Sequence record: OU343167.1
DNA: 64,000 nt
Reading direction: 5' to 3' (one strand)
The notes beneath the pieces were generated by a model. It did not search any database, had not been told where the DNA came from, and saw only the letters and a list, made by a program, of their open reading frames with translations. Position numbers and translations under genes: made by a program. This document shows, one piece after another, positions 52,629 to 62,458 of the stretch. Position 1 is the stretch's first letter, and each line of letters begins with the position of its first letter.

Positions 52629-52867
52629 ACTCTTATCCTCTTCCAGCGTTCTTATGGAATGAGCGGTGCCTTCGGGCACCAAAGCCCTTCATGATCGATG
52701 GCTACTATCACATACCTCCCTATCGTAGGGTAAGACCGGGATTTATAGTTGTTCCTACTGGCTTCACGACAACGCCTAGTACCGTAAGAGATGTAGTTGA
52801 GTCTCTACGCGGTCGAGTGCGTAATACCAATAAGGCTATTGACAATTTACTCAAAAGTCTTATCTAA
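52592..52867 (+). CDS. Hypothetical protein
   Basis: ORF track; start uncertain. Confidence 0.35.
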   Translation: MCYERRIIPLAINSYPLPAFLWNERCLRAPKPFMIDGYYHIPPYRRVRPGFIVVPTGFTTTPSTVRDVVESLRGRVRNTNKAIDNLLKSLI

Positions 52868-52978
52868 TACGGACATGCATGACATTACTCTACATGTCCT
52901 TGGAATTCTGCGATCCCGACCTTGGCACAACGTTAAATCGTTGAATTCCTAAACCTTAAAACATCCGGAGCGTCTACA

Positions 52979-54232
52979 ATGACTACTCAAAATTACGTTA
53001 TGCTGAACGAACAAAATGAATTCCCAATCAAAGGCTGGGTTAAGGGCGTACCGGTTGAAGCCGATGCTAAGCGTCAGCTGAAAAACATTGCGGGACTCCC
53101 GTTCATTTACAAGCATTTGGCAGTAATGCCTGATGTCCATCTTGGGACCGGTGCTACCATCGGTTCTGTTATCGCTACTCGGGGTGCAATCATTCCGTCT
53201 GCGGTAGGGGTCGATATTGGGTGCGGAATGGCCTGCCAGCTGACTGATCTGACAGCTAACGACATGACTCGTGGCCTACAACATCTTCGATATAGAATCG
53301 AGTCCCGTATCCCCCATGGTCGTACTGACAATGGCGGACCTAACGACCGTGGTGCATGGAGTGACTTCAACCTCGTTTACAAGAAACTCGAACCAGAACT
53401 CCAAGTTCAGGTTAAGAAGCTTGAAGAGGAACTGAAGCTCATTGTAGCTAAACACCCCAAACTGGGTAAAGCAGCTAACCGTGCGTTCAACCATGCTGGT
53501 ACCCTCGGCACTGGTAACCACTTCGTCGAAATCTGTCTGGATGAACAAGATCGAGTTTGGATCATGCTCCATTCGGGTTCTCGTGGGATCGGTAACGCTA
53601 TTGGTCGGTACTTCATCGAGAAAGCAAAAGAGGAGATGCGGCTCTACCACATCAACCTGCCTGATCAGGACCTCGCTTATCTGCCGGAAGGTACCAAGTA
53701 CTACAACGATTACATCGAAGCTGTACATTGGGCTCAGCGTTATGCAGCACTCAACCGTACCATCATGATGCGGGCGACCATTGAGGCTGTAGCTGATTAC
53801 ATGGGTCGTCCAATCAATACCAGTCTCACTGCGGTCAACTGCCACCACAACTACGTGTCGTTCGAGAATCACTTCGGTGCGAAAGTATCCGTTACTCGTA
53901 AAGGCGCTGTACGGGCAGATGAAGGCATGTATGGTATTATCCCTGGATCGATGGGTGCAAAGAGCTTCATCGTGAAAGGTAAAGGGAACCGCGAGTCCTT
54001 CTGTTCGTGTTCGCACGGAGCAGGACGTGTCATGTCCCGAACCCAAGCCGCTAAGACTTTCACTCTTGAAGATCATGCTCGTGATACTGCCGGTATAGAA
54101 TGCCGGAAAGACATTGACGTAATCGACGAGACTCCAAAGGCTTATAAGAACATCGAAGACGTAATGGCTGCTCAGGATGACCTCATTGAGATCGTCCACA
54201 CCCTGCGTCAAATTGTTTGCGTCAAGGGCTAA
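52979..54232 (+). CDS. rtcB: RtcB 3'-phosphate/cyclic-phosphate RNA ligase
   Basis: MPDVH, VGVDIGCG, GTLGTGNHFVE, HSGSRG, HHNY, RKGA, PGSMG, SHGAGR, DETPKAYK. Confidence 0.95.
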   Translation: MTTQNYVMLNEQNEFPIKGWVKGVPVEADAKRQLKNIAGLPFIYKHLAVMPDVHLGTGATIGSVIATRGAIIPSAVGVDIGCGMACQLTDLTANDMTRGLQHLRYRIESRIPHGRTDNGGPNDRGAWSDFNLVYKKLEPELQVQVKKLEEELKLIVAKHPKLGKAANRAFNHAGTLGTGNHFVEICLDEQDRVWIMLHSGSRGIGNAIGRYFIEKAKEEMRLYHINLPDQDLAYLPEGTKYYNDYIEAVHWAQRYAALNRTIMMRATIEAVADYMGRPINTSLTAVNCHHNYVSFENHFGAKVSVTRKGAVRADEGMYGIIPGSMGAKSFIVKGKGNRESFCSCSHGAGRVMSRTQAAKTFTLEDHARDTAGIECRKDIDVIDETPKAYKNIEDVMAAQDDLIEIVHTLRQIVCVKG

Positions 54233-54279
54233 CCCGAACGGGGACTTCGGTCCCCATAACTTTCCTAAAGGAAAAATAA

Positions 54280-55167
54280 ATGATTCGAATTACTCAGCTT
54301 CACGGTAACGGCCTGGCAGATCACTACGATTGTCAGCCCTTTAAATTCCCTGGCGGTGAGATCGGTATCAAGATCCCTCTGAAAGATCACAGAAAGAAAG
54401 GTGAACAATTCATAGTCAATGCTTGGCTTCGTAATAGCGATGACATCATGGAACTGTTCCTGGTGTTCAATGCTATTCGTCGTCAACGTATTCGTCCTGA
54501 AATGCACCTGGTTATTGGTTATCTGCCGTATGCACGACAAGATCGTGTTTGCGATGAAGGTGAACCTTTGTCGATCAGTGTGATGACTAGCTTGATCAAC
54601 GCATTGGATGCTACATCCGTGTGTTTGTACGATCCGCACAGCAATGTGTCGCTACCGCTCATCAACAACTGTCGTGAAATCACCCAAGCTGATATTATCA
54701 AGAGCTGGGTATGTGTAGAAGGACAACTTCTGGAAACTCCACAAGAATGGTGGTTGGTTGCCCCTGATGAAGGTGCACGTAAAAAGATCGAAGCCATTGC
54801 AAAAGAGATTGGCGCTGCTGGCGTACTCTACGCTTGCAAGAACCGTGAACTGTCGACTGGTAAGATCACCCATACGTCTTTGTTGAATGCCCATGATGTT
54901 CCTCGGTTAGCAAAGCTGTTGGTTATCGATGACATCTGTGATGGTGGCCGCACGTTCATTGAACTTGCTAAGGTTATCCACGAACAGTGCATCGTAGATC
55001 AACTGGGTCTGTTTGTAACCCATGGTATTTTCTCCAAGGGTTTCGACGAGCTGAACGAATACTACGACTATATCCAGACCACTAACACCTATCATCCTAA
55101 CGCCGTAAATGATTATCGGCATGATGGTGTACGTGACCCGAAATTCTTCTCCCATTCTGTTTTCTAA
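54280..55167 (+). CDS. Prs-family pyrophosphokinase (candidate Adps of NARP1)
   Basis: FPGGE, YLPYARQDR, VAPDEGA, IDDICDGGRTF, THG. Confidence 0.88.
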   Translation: MIRITQLHGNGLADHYDCQPFKFPGGEIGIKIPLKDHRKKGEQFIVNAWLRNSDDIMELFLVFNAIRRQRIRPEMHLVIGYLPYARQDRVCDEGEPLSISVMTSLINALDATSVCLYDPHSNVSLPLINNCREITQADIIKSWVCVEGQLLETPQEWWLVAPDEGARKKIEAIAKEIGAAGVLYACKNRELSTGKITHTSLLNAHDVPRLAKLLVIDDICDGGRTFIELAKVIHEQCIVDQLGLFVTHGIFSKGFDELNEYYDYIQTTNTYHPNAVNDYRHDGVRDPKFFSHSVF

Positions 55168-55183
55168 TCCGAGGATCAAGAAT

Positions 55184-56950
55184 ATGTCTAATGCTCTCTA
55201 TGCTGCAACTGCTACTGACTGCTACAAACCCGGTCATGGTGCTCTGTACCCGAAAGGTACTGAACGTAAATATGCTAACTTCACCCCGCGCTCTGCTAAG
55301 CAGTTCCTGCGGTCGAAGTCTTGCTCTGCGTTCTACGATAACAAAGTCGTTAACTTCGGGTTGCAAGGTACTTGGCACGAACTGGTAGAACTGTGGGATC
55401 GCACCTTCTTCAATCTGCCTCGTGAAATTGCCGTCAAACGTGCACAACGTCGTTTCGACAACATGTGCGGTAAAGGCGTAATCAAACATGAGTGTCTGTA
55501 CAAACTACATGAACTGGGTTACCTGCCTCTGACTGTACTGGCTATTGATGAAGGTGAACGTGTTAACATTGGTGTTCCAACTTTCGTAGTTTACAACAGT
55601 CTGGATGACGATGATCATTACTGGCTGGTGAACTATCTGGAAACCATCGTTAGTTCGTACAACTGGAAAATGATTTGCAACGCAACCATCGCTGCTGAAT
55701 ACCAACGTGTATTGAACCATTATGCTGACCGTACTTGCGATAACCGTGAGCACGTTAAGTTCCAAGCACATGATTTCAGCTTCCGTGGTATGAGTGGCCC
55801 TGAAGATGCAATGCGTTCTGGCTCGGCTCACCTGACTAGCTTCGCTGGTACTGATACCATCCCGGCACTTGATTACGCTGAGATGTATTACGGTGCTAAT
55901 AGCGATACTGAACTGTTGGGTGCTTCGGTTACTGCAACCGAACACGCTGTAGCCACTACCAACATCCTGTACCGTTTGCAAATGAAGATCAACTTCCTCA
56001 AAGAGGAAGGTACTGTGATCACTCCGGAACTGCATGACAAACTGCGACTGGAAGCTGAACGTGACTACATTCTGGAGATCATTCTTCAGAAAGTTCCGGA
56101 AGGCATCATCTCGCTGGTCTGTGATTCCTTCGACTTCTGGGGTGTTATCTCTGATGTTCTCCCGAGCATCCGTGCAGAAATCGAAAGTCGTCTGAAGAAT
56201 GAACTTGGCCTTGCCAGGGTTGTTGTTCGTCCTGACTCCGGTGATCCGGTTAAAGTTATTACTGGCTACATGGCTTACCCGACTGAGTTTGCAGATCGCG
56301 CTGATTTCGAGAAGCACATCGGTGAACTGGGGTCCATTGAGTTCAGTGGCTACGAAGTTGTACGTATCGCAGGCGAATACTACGAGATCAATCACATTGC
56401 TTCGTCGCTCTCCGATTTCCTGTCTGAAAAGACTATCCCGGAAGTTGAAGTACGTGGTGCGATTGAAGTCCTGTGGGATTCCTTTGGCGGTACTGTTAAC
56501 GGTAAAGGCTTCAAATGCCTGAACGAATATGTTGGCCTGATCTATGGCGATTCGATTACTGTAGAACGTACCGAGCAGGTCATGTCTCGCTTGGAACGTA
56601 AAGGCTACGCCTCTAGTAACGTCGTTCTCGGTATTGGTAGCTACACCTATCAGTACAACACTCGCGATACGTTCGGTATGGCCGTTAAAGCCACTGCTGT
56701 TCAGATCGAAGAGGAATTCGTAGAGCTGTATAAAGATCCAAAAGCTGCATCTAGTAAAAAGTCTGCAAAAGGTTTCCTTCGTGTAATTAAAGATGAAGAA
56801 GGTAACTTCGTTCTTGAACAAGAAGCCGGCATGTCTTGGGCGACTCTGGAGACAGAATCCGGCGAATTGAAGCTGTTCTTTAAGAATGGTGAATTCTACA
56901 AGAACGACACGATGGCAAAAATCCGGGAACGGATTGCGACCTCTCTGTAA
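55184..56950 (+). CDS. NAMPT/NadV-family phosphoribosyltransferase (candidate Namat of NARP1)
   Basis: TDCYKPGH, HDFSFRG, ATEHAV, SLVCDSFD, VRPDSGDP, LIYGDSIT, GIGSYTYQ; ATG 55184 with GAGG RBS. Confidence 0.9.
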   Translation: MSNALYAATATDCYKPGHGALYPKGTERKYANFTPRSAKQFLRSKSCSAFYDNKVVNFGLQGTWHELVELWDRTFFNLPREIAVKRAQRRFDNMCGKGVIKHECLYKLHELGYLPLTVLAIDEGERVNIGVPTFVVYNSLDDDDHYWLVNYLETIVSSYNWKMICNATIAAEYQRVLNHYADRTCDNREHVKFQAHDFSFRGMSGPEDAMRSGSAHLTSFAGTDTIPALDYAEMYYGANSDTELLGASVTATEHAVATTNILYRLQMKINFLKEEGTVITPELHDKLRLEAERDYILEIILQKVPEGIISLVCDSFDFWGVISDVLPSIRAEIESRLKNELGLARVVVRPDSGDPVKVITGYMAYPTEFADRADFEKHIGELGSIEFSGYEVVRIAGEYYEINHIASSLSDFLSEKTIPEVEVRGAIEVLWDSFGGTVNGKGFKCLNEYVGLIYGDSITVERTEQVMSRLERKGYASSNVVLGIGSYTYQYNTRDTFGMAVKATAVQIEEEFVELYKDPKAASSKKSAKGFLRVIKDEEGNFVLEQEAGMSWATLETESGELKLFFKNGEFYKNDTMAKIRERIATSL

Positions 56951-56957
56951 TAGACAT

Positions 56958-56980
56958 GGGGAGCTTCGGCTCCCCTTTAT
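56958..56980 (+). terminator. Intrinsic terminator GGGGAGC-TTCG-GCTCCCC-TTTAT
   Basis: UUCG hairpin after the NAMPT-like gene. Confidence 0.85.
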
Positions 56981-56985
56981 GTCAT

Positions 56986-57012
56986 AAAAAAGATTTCAAA
57001 TCTATATTACTC
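56986..57012 (+). promoter_or_regulatory. Putative early promoter AAAAAAGATTTCAAATCTATATTAC
   Basis: Exact TATATTAC; nearly identical to the 12419 motif. Confidence 0.7.
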
Positions 57013-57039
57013 TTTTGTATCCACAACGAGGTAACTGCA

Positions 57040-57438
57040 ATGTCGAATAAAGACCGTTTAGATGAAAAGAAAGAATGGCAAGAATCGAACCCAGTTCTCA
57101 ATGAGTTCTGCTGGACTGTAAGTCGTACCATGGGCGACGTAGCACGTACCAGTGACGACCGTACTCCCATTGTCGATATCCCTGCTGGAAAGACCTATGA
57201 AATCACTACCAACCAGGAGAACGATATTTATAATGTCGGTCTTGAAACTGGTATGGTGAACTTCGTTGATCACCTACGCGAGAATGGTTACAAGATCATC
57301 TCGCCGGTAAGTGGGCATCCTGTCCCATTTGAGCAAGCTGTAACCTTGGTAAATAGCACAGAGCAGGTCGTACAAGAACTACCTGGTAAGTCTTTCGTTG
57401 AAACCTTCTATGATTATAACTGGGGTGTGAATACATGA
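57040..57438 (+). CDS. Hypothetical early protein
   Basis: GAGGT RBS before ATG 57040. Confidence 0.7.
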   Translation: MSNKDRLDEKKEWQESNPVLNEFCWTVSRTMGDVARTSDDRTPIVDIPAGKTYEITTNQENDIYNVGLETGMVNFVDHLRENGYKIISPVSGHPVPFEQAVTLVNSTEQVVQELPGKSFVETFYDYNWGVNT

Positions 57439-57641
57439 TTGCAGCGCCGCCGCCACCGGGTAAAGTAACGATAGATGGTTTACGTCGAACGTTGTCAGAT
57501 CAGATTGAAGCTGAAATTTCATTGGCTTGTCGTGAAATTGAACTGACAGACATTCGTTATGTAGATCAAAAAGAAATACTCGAAATAGTGCGGCGGTTCC
57601 GTAATGACGTTCGCACAACCATCACTGATAAAGGTAAATAA
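57435..57641 (+). CDS. Small hypothetical protein
   Basis: ATGA overlap. Confidence 0.55.
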   Translation: MIAAPPPPGKVTIDGLRRTLSDQIEAEISLACREIELTDIRYVDQKEILEIVRRFRNDVRTTITDKGK

Positions 57642-57642
57642 A

Positions 57643-58998
57643 ATGACGATTGAAATGGATGAATTGAAACCGATCCGCGAAGGTTTTGGTGTAGTAGAAG
57701 AAACTCGTAAGCTTGCACGCATTGTTGAGATCGATGATGTTGTGAAACACCCTAATGCCGATGCACTGGAATTGGCTATTGTTGGTGGTTGGCAACTTTG
57801 TGTAAAGATGGGCGAATATAAGAAAGGTGATCGCGCTATTTACTGCGAGATTGATTCTCTTCTTCCTCTGGATAACGTTAAGCTCTTCGGTTTTCTTGAG
57901 AGCCGTCGGTCCGACAATCGACGTGTAGACGGTAAAAACTATCATCGTTTGAAAACTATCAAGCTTCGTAAAGAGCTCTCTCAAGGACTACTGGTTCCGA
58001 TTCCCGATGAGTTCAAAGATGAACCCGTTGATACTAACCTGACCCTGAAGCTGGGTATCCTTAAGTACGAGTCTGCTCCTCCGATGGTATCGAAGGCTCA
58101 TGCAGCACGTAACGCTCCGTGGATCGTTAAGCTTGGTGCCAAGCTGATTGGTAATCTGGGTGGCGCTCTGAAACCGTGGCCTGAGATGCTAACTAAGTCC
58201 GATCAAGACCGCATTCAGAATAAGACCGTTGCGTTTTATAACCTGAAAGAAGACGGTGATGACATGGAAGTTACCTATAAGCTGGATGGTAGCTCCATGA
58301 CCGTATTCTGTGTCGATGACAAAGGTATTCGTACTGGCGTTTGCTCGCGGAACTACGAACTCGGAATGGGTGGTGAGAAATGGGGATTCATCCAGCAGCT
58401 TCGGTATTGGGTTGGTAACTTCCTTATCCGTAACCGTAATCTGTTCCGTAAGAAGACCTGGGTTACTCCAGAAGGTAAACTTCGTAATTGTATTATTCTG
58501 CCCCTTTGGACGAAAGGTACCGCTATCGAAGACAATAACTTCGTACGTGTAACTAACCAACAACAGATCATCGAACGTCTTCTCAAGTTCCACAAGAACA
58601 CCGGTCGCTTCATTTCTGTACAAGGGGAACTGATTGGACCATCTATTCAAGATAACTTTGAAGAAGTGGCTGATTACGATTATTACATCTTCAACGTGTA
58701 TGAGGATGGTAATCGTGAACTCCTGCCGGCCGAAGCACGAGCTGTTGTAAAAGACCTTGGTCTGAATTATGTTCCCGTGCTTGACCCGTGCTGGAAACCT
58801 TCTAAGGAAATGTCTGTTAAAGATGTTCTCGCTATGGCTGAAGGTCCATCTGCATTTAAGAACAAGCGTGGATACCGGGAAGGTCTGGTATTTAAGTCCA
58901 ACCAACGTGTACTGTCGTGGAAAGCCATTTCGACTAATTATCTCTTGAAGAAAGAGAAAGAAGAAGAGAAAGCAGCCGCTAAAGAAGACGCTGTATAA
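57643..58998 (+). CDS. ATP-dependent RNA ligase, DRB0094-like (N-terminal tRNA-binding OB fold plus ligase domain)
   Basis: KHPNADALE, YCEIDS N-domain; motif I YKLDGSS, QGELIG, EGLVFK, KAIS. Confidence 0.88.
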   Translation: MTIEMDELKPIREGFGVVEETRKLARIVEIDDVVKHPNADALELAIVGGWQLCVKMGEYKKGDRAIYCEIDSLLPLDNVKLFGFLESRRSDNRRVDGKNYHRLKTIKLRKELSQGLLVPIPDEFKDEPVDTNLTLKLGILKYESAPPMVSKAHAARNAPWIVKLGAKLIGNLGGALKPWPEMLTKSDQDRIQNKTVAFYNLKEDGDDMEVTYKLDGSSMTVFCVDDKGIRTGVCSRNYELGMGGEKWGFIQQLRYWVGNFLIRNRNLFRKKTWVTPEGKLRNCIILPLWTKGTAIEDNNFVRVTNQQQIIERLLKFHKNTGRFISVQGELIGPSIQDNFEEVADYDYYIFNVYEDGNRELLPAEARAVVKDLGLNYVPVLDPCWKPSKEMSVKDVLAMAEGPSAFKNKRGYREGLVFKSNQRVLSWKAISTNYLLKKEKEEEKAAAKEDAV

Positions 58999-59004
58999 CG
59001 ACAT

Positions 59005-59035
59005 AAAGGGAGCTCTAGCTCCCTTTTTTATTTTT
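59005..59035 (+). terminator. Intrinsic terminator AAAGGGAGC-TCTA-GCTCCCTTT
   Basis: Hairpin plus T tract. Confidence 0.8.
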
Positions 59036-59052
59036 GTCAAGAAGGTGAATAT

Positions 59053-59439
59053 ATGTCACAAGCTCTAAAATTCCTGACTCGTAATTTGGATAGTGAAGAA
59101 CTATACCTGATATTGAACTGGAAGACCGATAAGGTTCTCTCTCCTATTCTTCAGACAGTTGGTATCCTATCTGAAGAAATGGGTGAAGAAGGGCGACGCG
59201 TCTACTATAAGTTCGATAACGCCATTTGGAAACTTTGTCGATTTATCCGGGCCGAACATAATCTTCCAGAGTTCCAAGAAGATCTCATCAGTGTTGTTCG
59301 CAACTACTTTAAGTTTATCTGGCGTGACGATGGATTCAATATTGTTATCTTTGAAGAACCTGGATATGCTCGTGTCGAGTATAGTACTACCATTGACGTA
59401 ATGGACATCTTCCATGAAGGTAAACCTCGTCGGCTCTAA
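59053..59439 (+). CDS. Hypothetical protein
   Basis: GAAGGTG RBS. Confidence 0.7.
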   Translation: MSQALKFLTRNLDSEELYLILNWKTDKVLSPILQTVGILSEEMGEEGRRVYYKFDNAIWKLCRFIRAEHNLPEFQEDLISVVRNYFKFIWRDDGFNIVIFEEPGYARVEYSTTIDVMDIFHEGKPRRL

Positions 59440-59695
59440 GAAAACCATAACTGCATTGCTGTATAACAACAATGTATATTCGTTTGCTTTCTTTGCTGAG
59501 ACAATCAGGAAAGCTATTGAAGCGTATGACCCAAATCAGCGCTTCACCATCAGCTATCGTCGTTATATGCCACTATGGCAGAAAATCCGGATGACGATAT
59601 TCCGCCAATACTCGGATCAGATGTATGTCAATCAAATAAAGATCCAGCTTCAGACGGATAAAACCTGGGAAACTATTCTTGACGTAGAGGGATAA
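59414..59695 (+). CDS. Small hypothetical protein
   Basis: ORF track; fills gap. Confidence 0.55.
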   Translation: MKVNLVGSKKTITALLYNNNVYSFAFFAETIRKAIEAYDPNQRFTISYRRYMPLWQKIRMTIFRQYSDQMYVNQIKIQLQTDKTWETILDVEG

Positions 59696-59697
59696 AC

Positions 59698-60147
59698 ATG
59701 TCAATATTTTACCGTTACGCTAGTCAACCTAAAACAGAAATTGTTTGGTGGAATCCCATTAGTTGGATTAAACGTGGTTGGCAAGAACTCACCACAGCTA
59801 ATGCATCTGATGGACACACGTTCTTTACAGCGTTATATTTCTGTTCTCTCCTTCTGTCAATGTGGTTGATCCATATTCTATTCGTGGGTTGGTTCCGTTG
59901 TCTGTTTATACCTCGGTGTTGGATTGGTCGAGTTGATCAACTGAAGGAAGGTTACATTGATGATTGGGGCACTTACACGAAAGAGGCTAGAGAATGTATT
60001 CTAGCTAATTCTGATAGCCCTCACGCAATTGTAAAAATCGTTGAACGAGTTAATCCAATCTTCATGGCAGATGAAGGTTTCTGTAGTATATACTCACCTA
60101 ACTACAAATGGAAACGAAGCTGGCGTGAACTTTTTTCTCGGAATTAG
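59698..60147 (+). CDS. Membrane protein, Trp-rich
   Basis: GAGGG RBS; central hydrophobic helix. Confidence 0.65.
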   Translation: MSIFYRYASQPKTEIVWWNPISWIKRGWQELTTANASDGHTFFTALYFCSLLLSMWLIHILFVGWFRCLFIPRCWIGRVDQLKEGYIDDWGTYTKEARECILANSDSPHAIVKIVERVNPIFMADEGFCSIYSPNYKWKRSWRELFSRN

Positions 60148-60199
60148 AAAATACCGAGTTAACTGATAATGTGTTATTAACTATAAACAGGAAACGAAA

Positions 60200-60757
60200 A
60201 TGTCTCAAGAAATCGATTTGACTGTATCTCCGCTGGAACCTCGTAAAGAGACTCCCCTACAACCGACTGACGTTTTTGACATCGTCCGTAAGTGTGGTCT
60301 TACTGAAGACTTTAAACGTCTCTGCTATGAAGATGCCACTCCAGAAGAACTCGATTTTAATCCTGACGTAGTTACTGTCTACCGTCATGATCTCGGATTG
60401 AAATTCCTTCGTGGTAAAAATCTGCCGACTACGTTGGAAGATCTGAAGGATCGAACTGAAGTTCTATTTGAAACCATGACTGCTGGTAAGATTGACTATA
60501 AAGCCGGTGAAATGATTGTTCTTTTCCCTCGCCCTGTTTATAGTGGTAGCGATCTTAAAAATAACATGGTCATTGCCATTGTTAAAGAAGACTTTAAGTT
60601 CGAATCTGACGTAGATCTTAACTGTGGTGGCGAAGAGAATTTCGAAATTGCGATGCGCCCCTATGTAGAAGGTGGACAACTGGAACTGGTTACTAATCCT
60701 GGTCTTCGTGTGTATAGCGCGTATGAACGTTGGACTTTCCTGGAACGGTTTAAATGA
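60200..60757 (+). CDS. Hypothetical protein
   Basis: AGGA RBS. Confidence 0.7.
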   Translation: MSQEIDLTVSPLEPRKETPLQPTDVFDIVRKCGLTEDFKRLCYEDATPEELDFNPDVVTVYRHDLGLKFLRGKNLPTTLEDLKDRTEVLFETMTAGKIDYKAGEMIVLFPRPVYSGSDLKNNMVIAIVKEDFKFESDVDLNCGGEENFEIAMRPYVEGGQLELVTNPGLRVYSAYERWTFLERFK

Positions 60758-61323
60758 AAATTCTTGAACAACTGACACAAAAAGGTCTGCTTGACGAATT
60801 CATTTCTGAATTTTGTACGACCTCTGCTCTCGGTCCACAAGTTATTTCAGATCGTCTTCCCGATGCAAAGAAATGGTTGGAAAGTCATTCTATCACATTT
60901 GAGTCGAAGGGGAGCATCGAAAGAACCCCTCGGCTCATTGCAGAATCTGATTTCCGTATTGATCAATGGATGCGTGTTGTAAACAATAAGCTGGACTATC
61001 TTGAGACAGCTTATGATAAAGCAATTGAACAAGGGGTTAGTCTAAATAACAGCTTCTTCAATTACGATATCAGTGTCCTGTATACTCTTGATAAAAAGCG
61101 TCTAGATGCTTACCCAATAACTGTCGCTCGGGTTAGAGCCTTTGCAGAGAAGATCGGTGCGCAACCTTATCGTCTTCTTAATGGCGATATTAATACGAGG
61201 ATAGCTTATGAGGAAGAATACTACGCCGCGTACGTCAAGGAACCATATAAGGCGATCATGGGAAACCCCGACTACTACAAGGAAACCATCGAAGCCGCGA
61301 ATGAATGCTACGGACGTCCGTGA
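60754..61323 (+). CDS. Hypothetical protein
   Basis: Overlap with upstream stop. Confidence 0.65.
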   Translation: MKILEQLTQKGLLDEFISEFCTTSALGPQVISDRLPDAKKWLESHSITFESKGSIERTPRLIAESDFRIDQWMRVVNNKLDYLETAYDKAIEQGVSLNNSFFNYDISVLYTLDKKRLDAYPITVARVRAFAEKIGAQPYRLLNGDINTRIAYEEEYYAAYVKEPYKAIMGNPDYYKETIEAANECYGRP

Positions 61324-61579
61324 TATTTATCGCGACATCGAATCGTTAGTTCCTGTCCCACCTCCATTGAAAGAACCAATTCCAGTGAGTGTCGATCCAG
61401 TCTATTCGACGATAGACATAGATTGGAATGAGAAGAAATCTGGTGTCAAGTTTGTACCCAGAGAACGATTCAATCTGTTTGACGGTATATCGCCGTGGAC
61501 ATGGTTCTGCATCGCCTTTCTCTCTGGATGTTGGATTGGTATCGAAATCATTAGCGCTTACTTAACGAGGTCATTATGA
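61301..61579 (+). CDS. Small protein with C-terminal TM helix
   Basis: Probable start 61301 in track ORF 61208; WTWFCIAFLSGCWIGIEII. Confidence 0.55.
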   Translation: MNATDVRDIYRDIESLVPVPPPLKEPIPVSVDPVYSTIDIDWNEKKSGVKFVPRERFNLFDGISPWTWFCIAFLSGCWIGIEIISAYLTRSL

Positions 61580-61887
61580 GTCTGCTCCTTTCTGCTTGTC
61601 AACGACTGCATGCTATCGCCACTGTTGGTTTCCCCAACTATCTAAAAGATCGAGCTACTTTTGTTGGAGATAAGGAGTATATTCTCCAGGTAATTGCACA
61701 TTTCGAAAAGTATCACTGGACCGAACAGTTGAGTGAAGCTATCAATGATTATGTACGCAGTCGTAAGAAAGCGCGTACATGGACAGTCACCGTTGTACCT
61801 TCGATTCTTCAACCTGGTACAGCTCTGTTTAAGTTCAAAGGTGACGATGGTAGTACTCTTTCTATTCGCATTAGGAAAGCTCTATGA
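61576..61887 (+). CDS. Hypothetical protein
   Basis: GAGGT RBS, ATGA overlap. Confidence 0.65.
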   Translation: MSLLLSACQRLHAIATVGFPNYLKDRATFVGDKEYILQVIAHFEKYHWTEQLSEAINDYVRSRKKARTWTVTVVPSILQPGTALFKFKGDDGSTLSIRIRKAL

Positions 61888-61989
61888 GAGACGATTATGA
61901 AGGTTTCTGATTCTTGGGAAGACTACATCTTCTCTTAACGTCATATAAGCCCGGCGTTAGCTGGGCTTTATATCGATTAGGGTATTCCG

Positions 61990-62457
61990 ATGTCAGCAAA
62001 AAATAAAATCAACATAGATCTATACGAAGTGTATCTCCGCTTCATTTATTTGAATCAGGCGATAAAACTTCCACGTACTGAATTCGAGCAATTCAAAAAA
62101 GAGTTTGTCAGAAAGGTACGCTATTTTTATAAAAACGTAACCAGAGCTCCTCTCATCTGGAACAATAGTCATTATCTCGTTCAACTTTACAGAGTAATGG
62201 TTGAAGAAGATAAAGAAGCTATTCAAAAAGAAATTCAAACCGAACTCGATTGGCTGTTCGATATTTGTCGTATTTGGATCGACTCTCCTAATTGGAATGG
62301 AGTCGGTGTAGATGAGTATGTTTACCGAACAGATCTATTCCATATCGAATCTTATTACAGATGGGTTTGGAATAGAAGGGCAGAAATTGTTTATCCTCCC
62401 TTCTCAGAAATCAAAGAAATCTACATCGCCATCGAAAAAGAACTTGAAGGAAAATAA
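61990..62457 (+). CDS. Hypothetical protein
   Basis: After hairpin 61947-61968; AGGG RBS. Confidence 0.65.
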   Translation: MSAKNKINIDLYEVYLRFIYLNQAIKLPRTEFEQFKKEFVRKVRYFYKNVTRAPLIWNNSHYLVQLYRVMVEEDKEAIQKEIQTELDWLFDICRIWIDSPNWNGVGVDEYVYRTDLFHIESYYRWVWNRRAEIVYPPFSEIKEIYIAIEKELEGK

Positions 62458-62458
62458 A

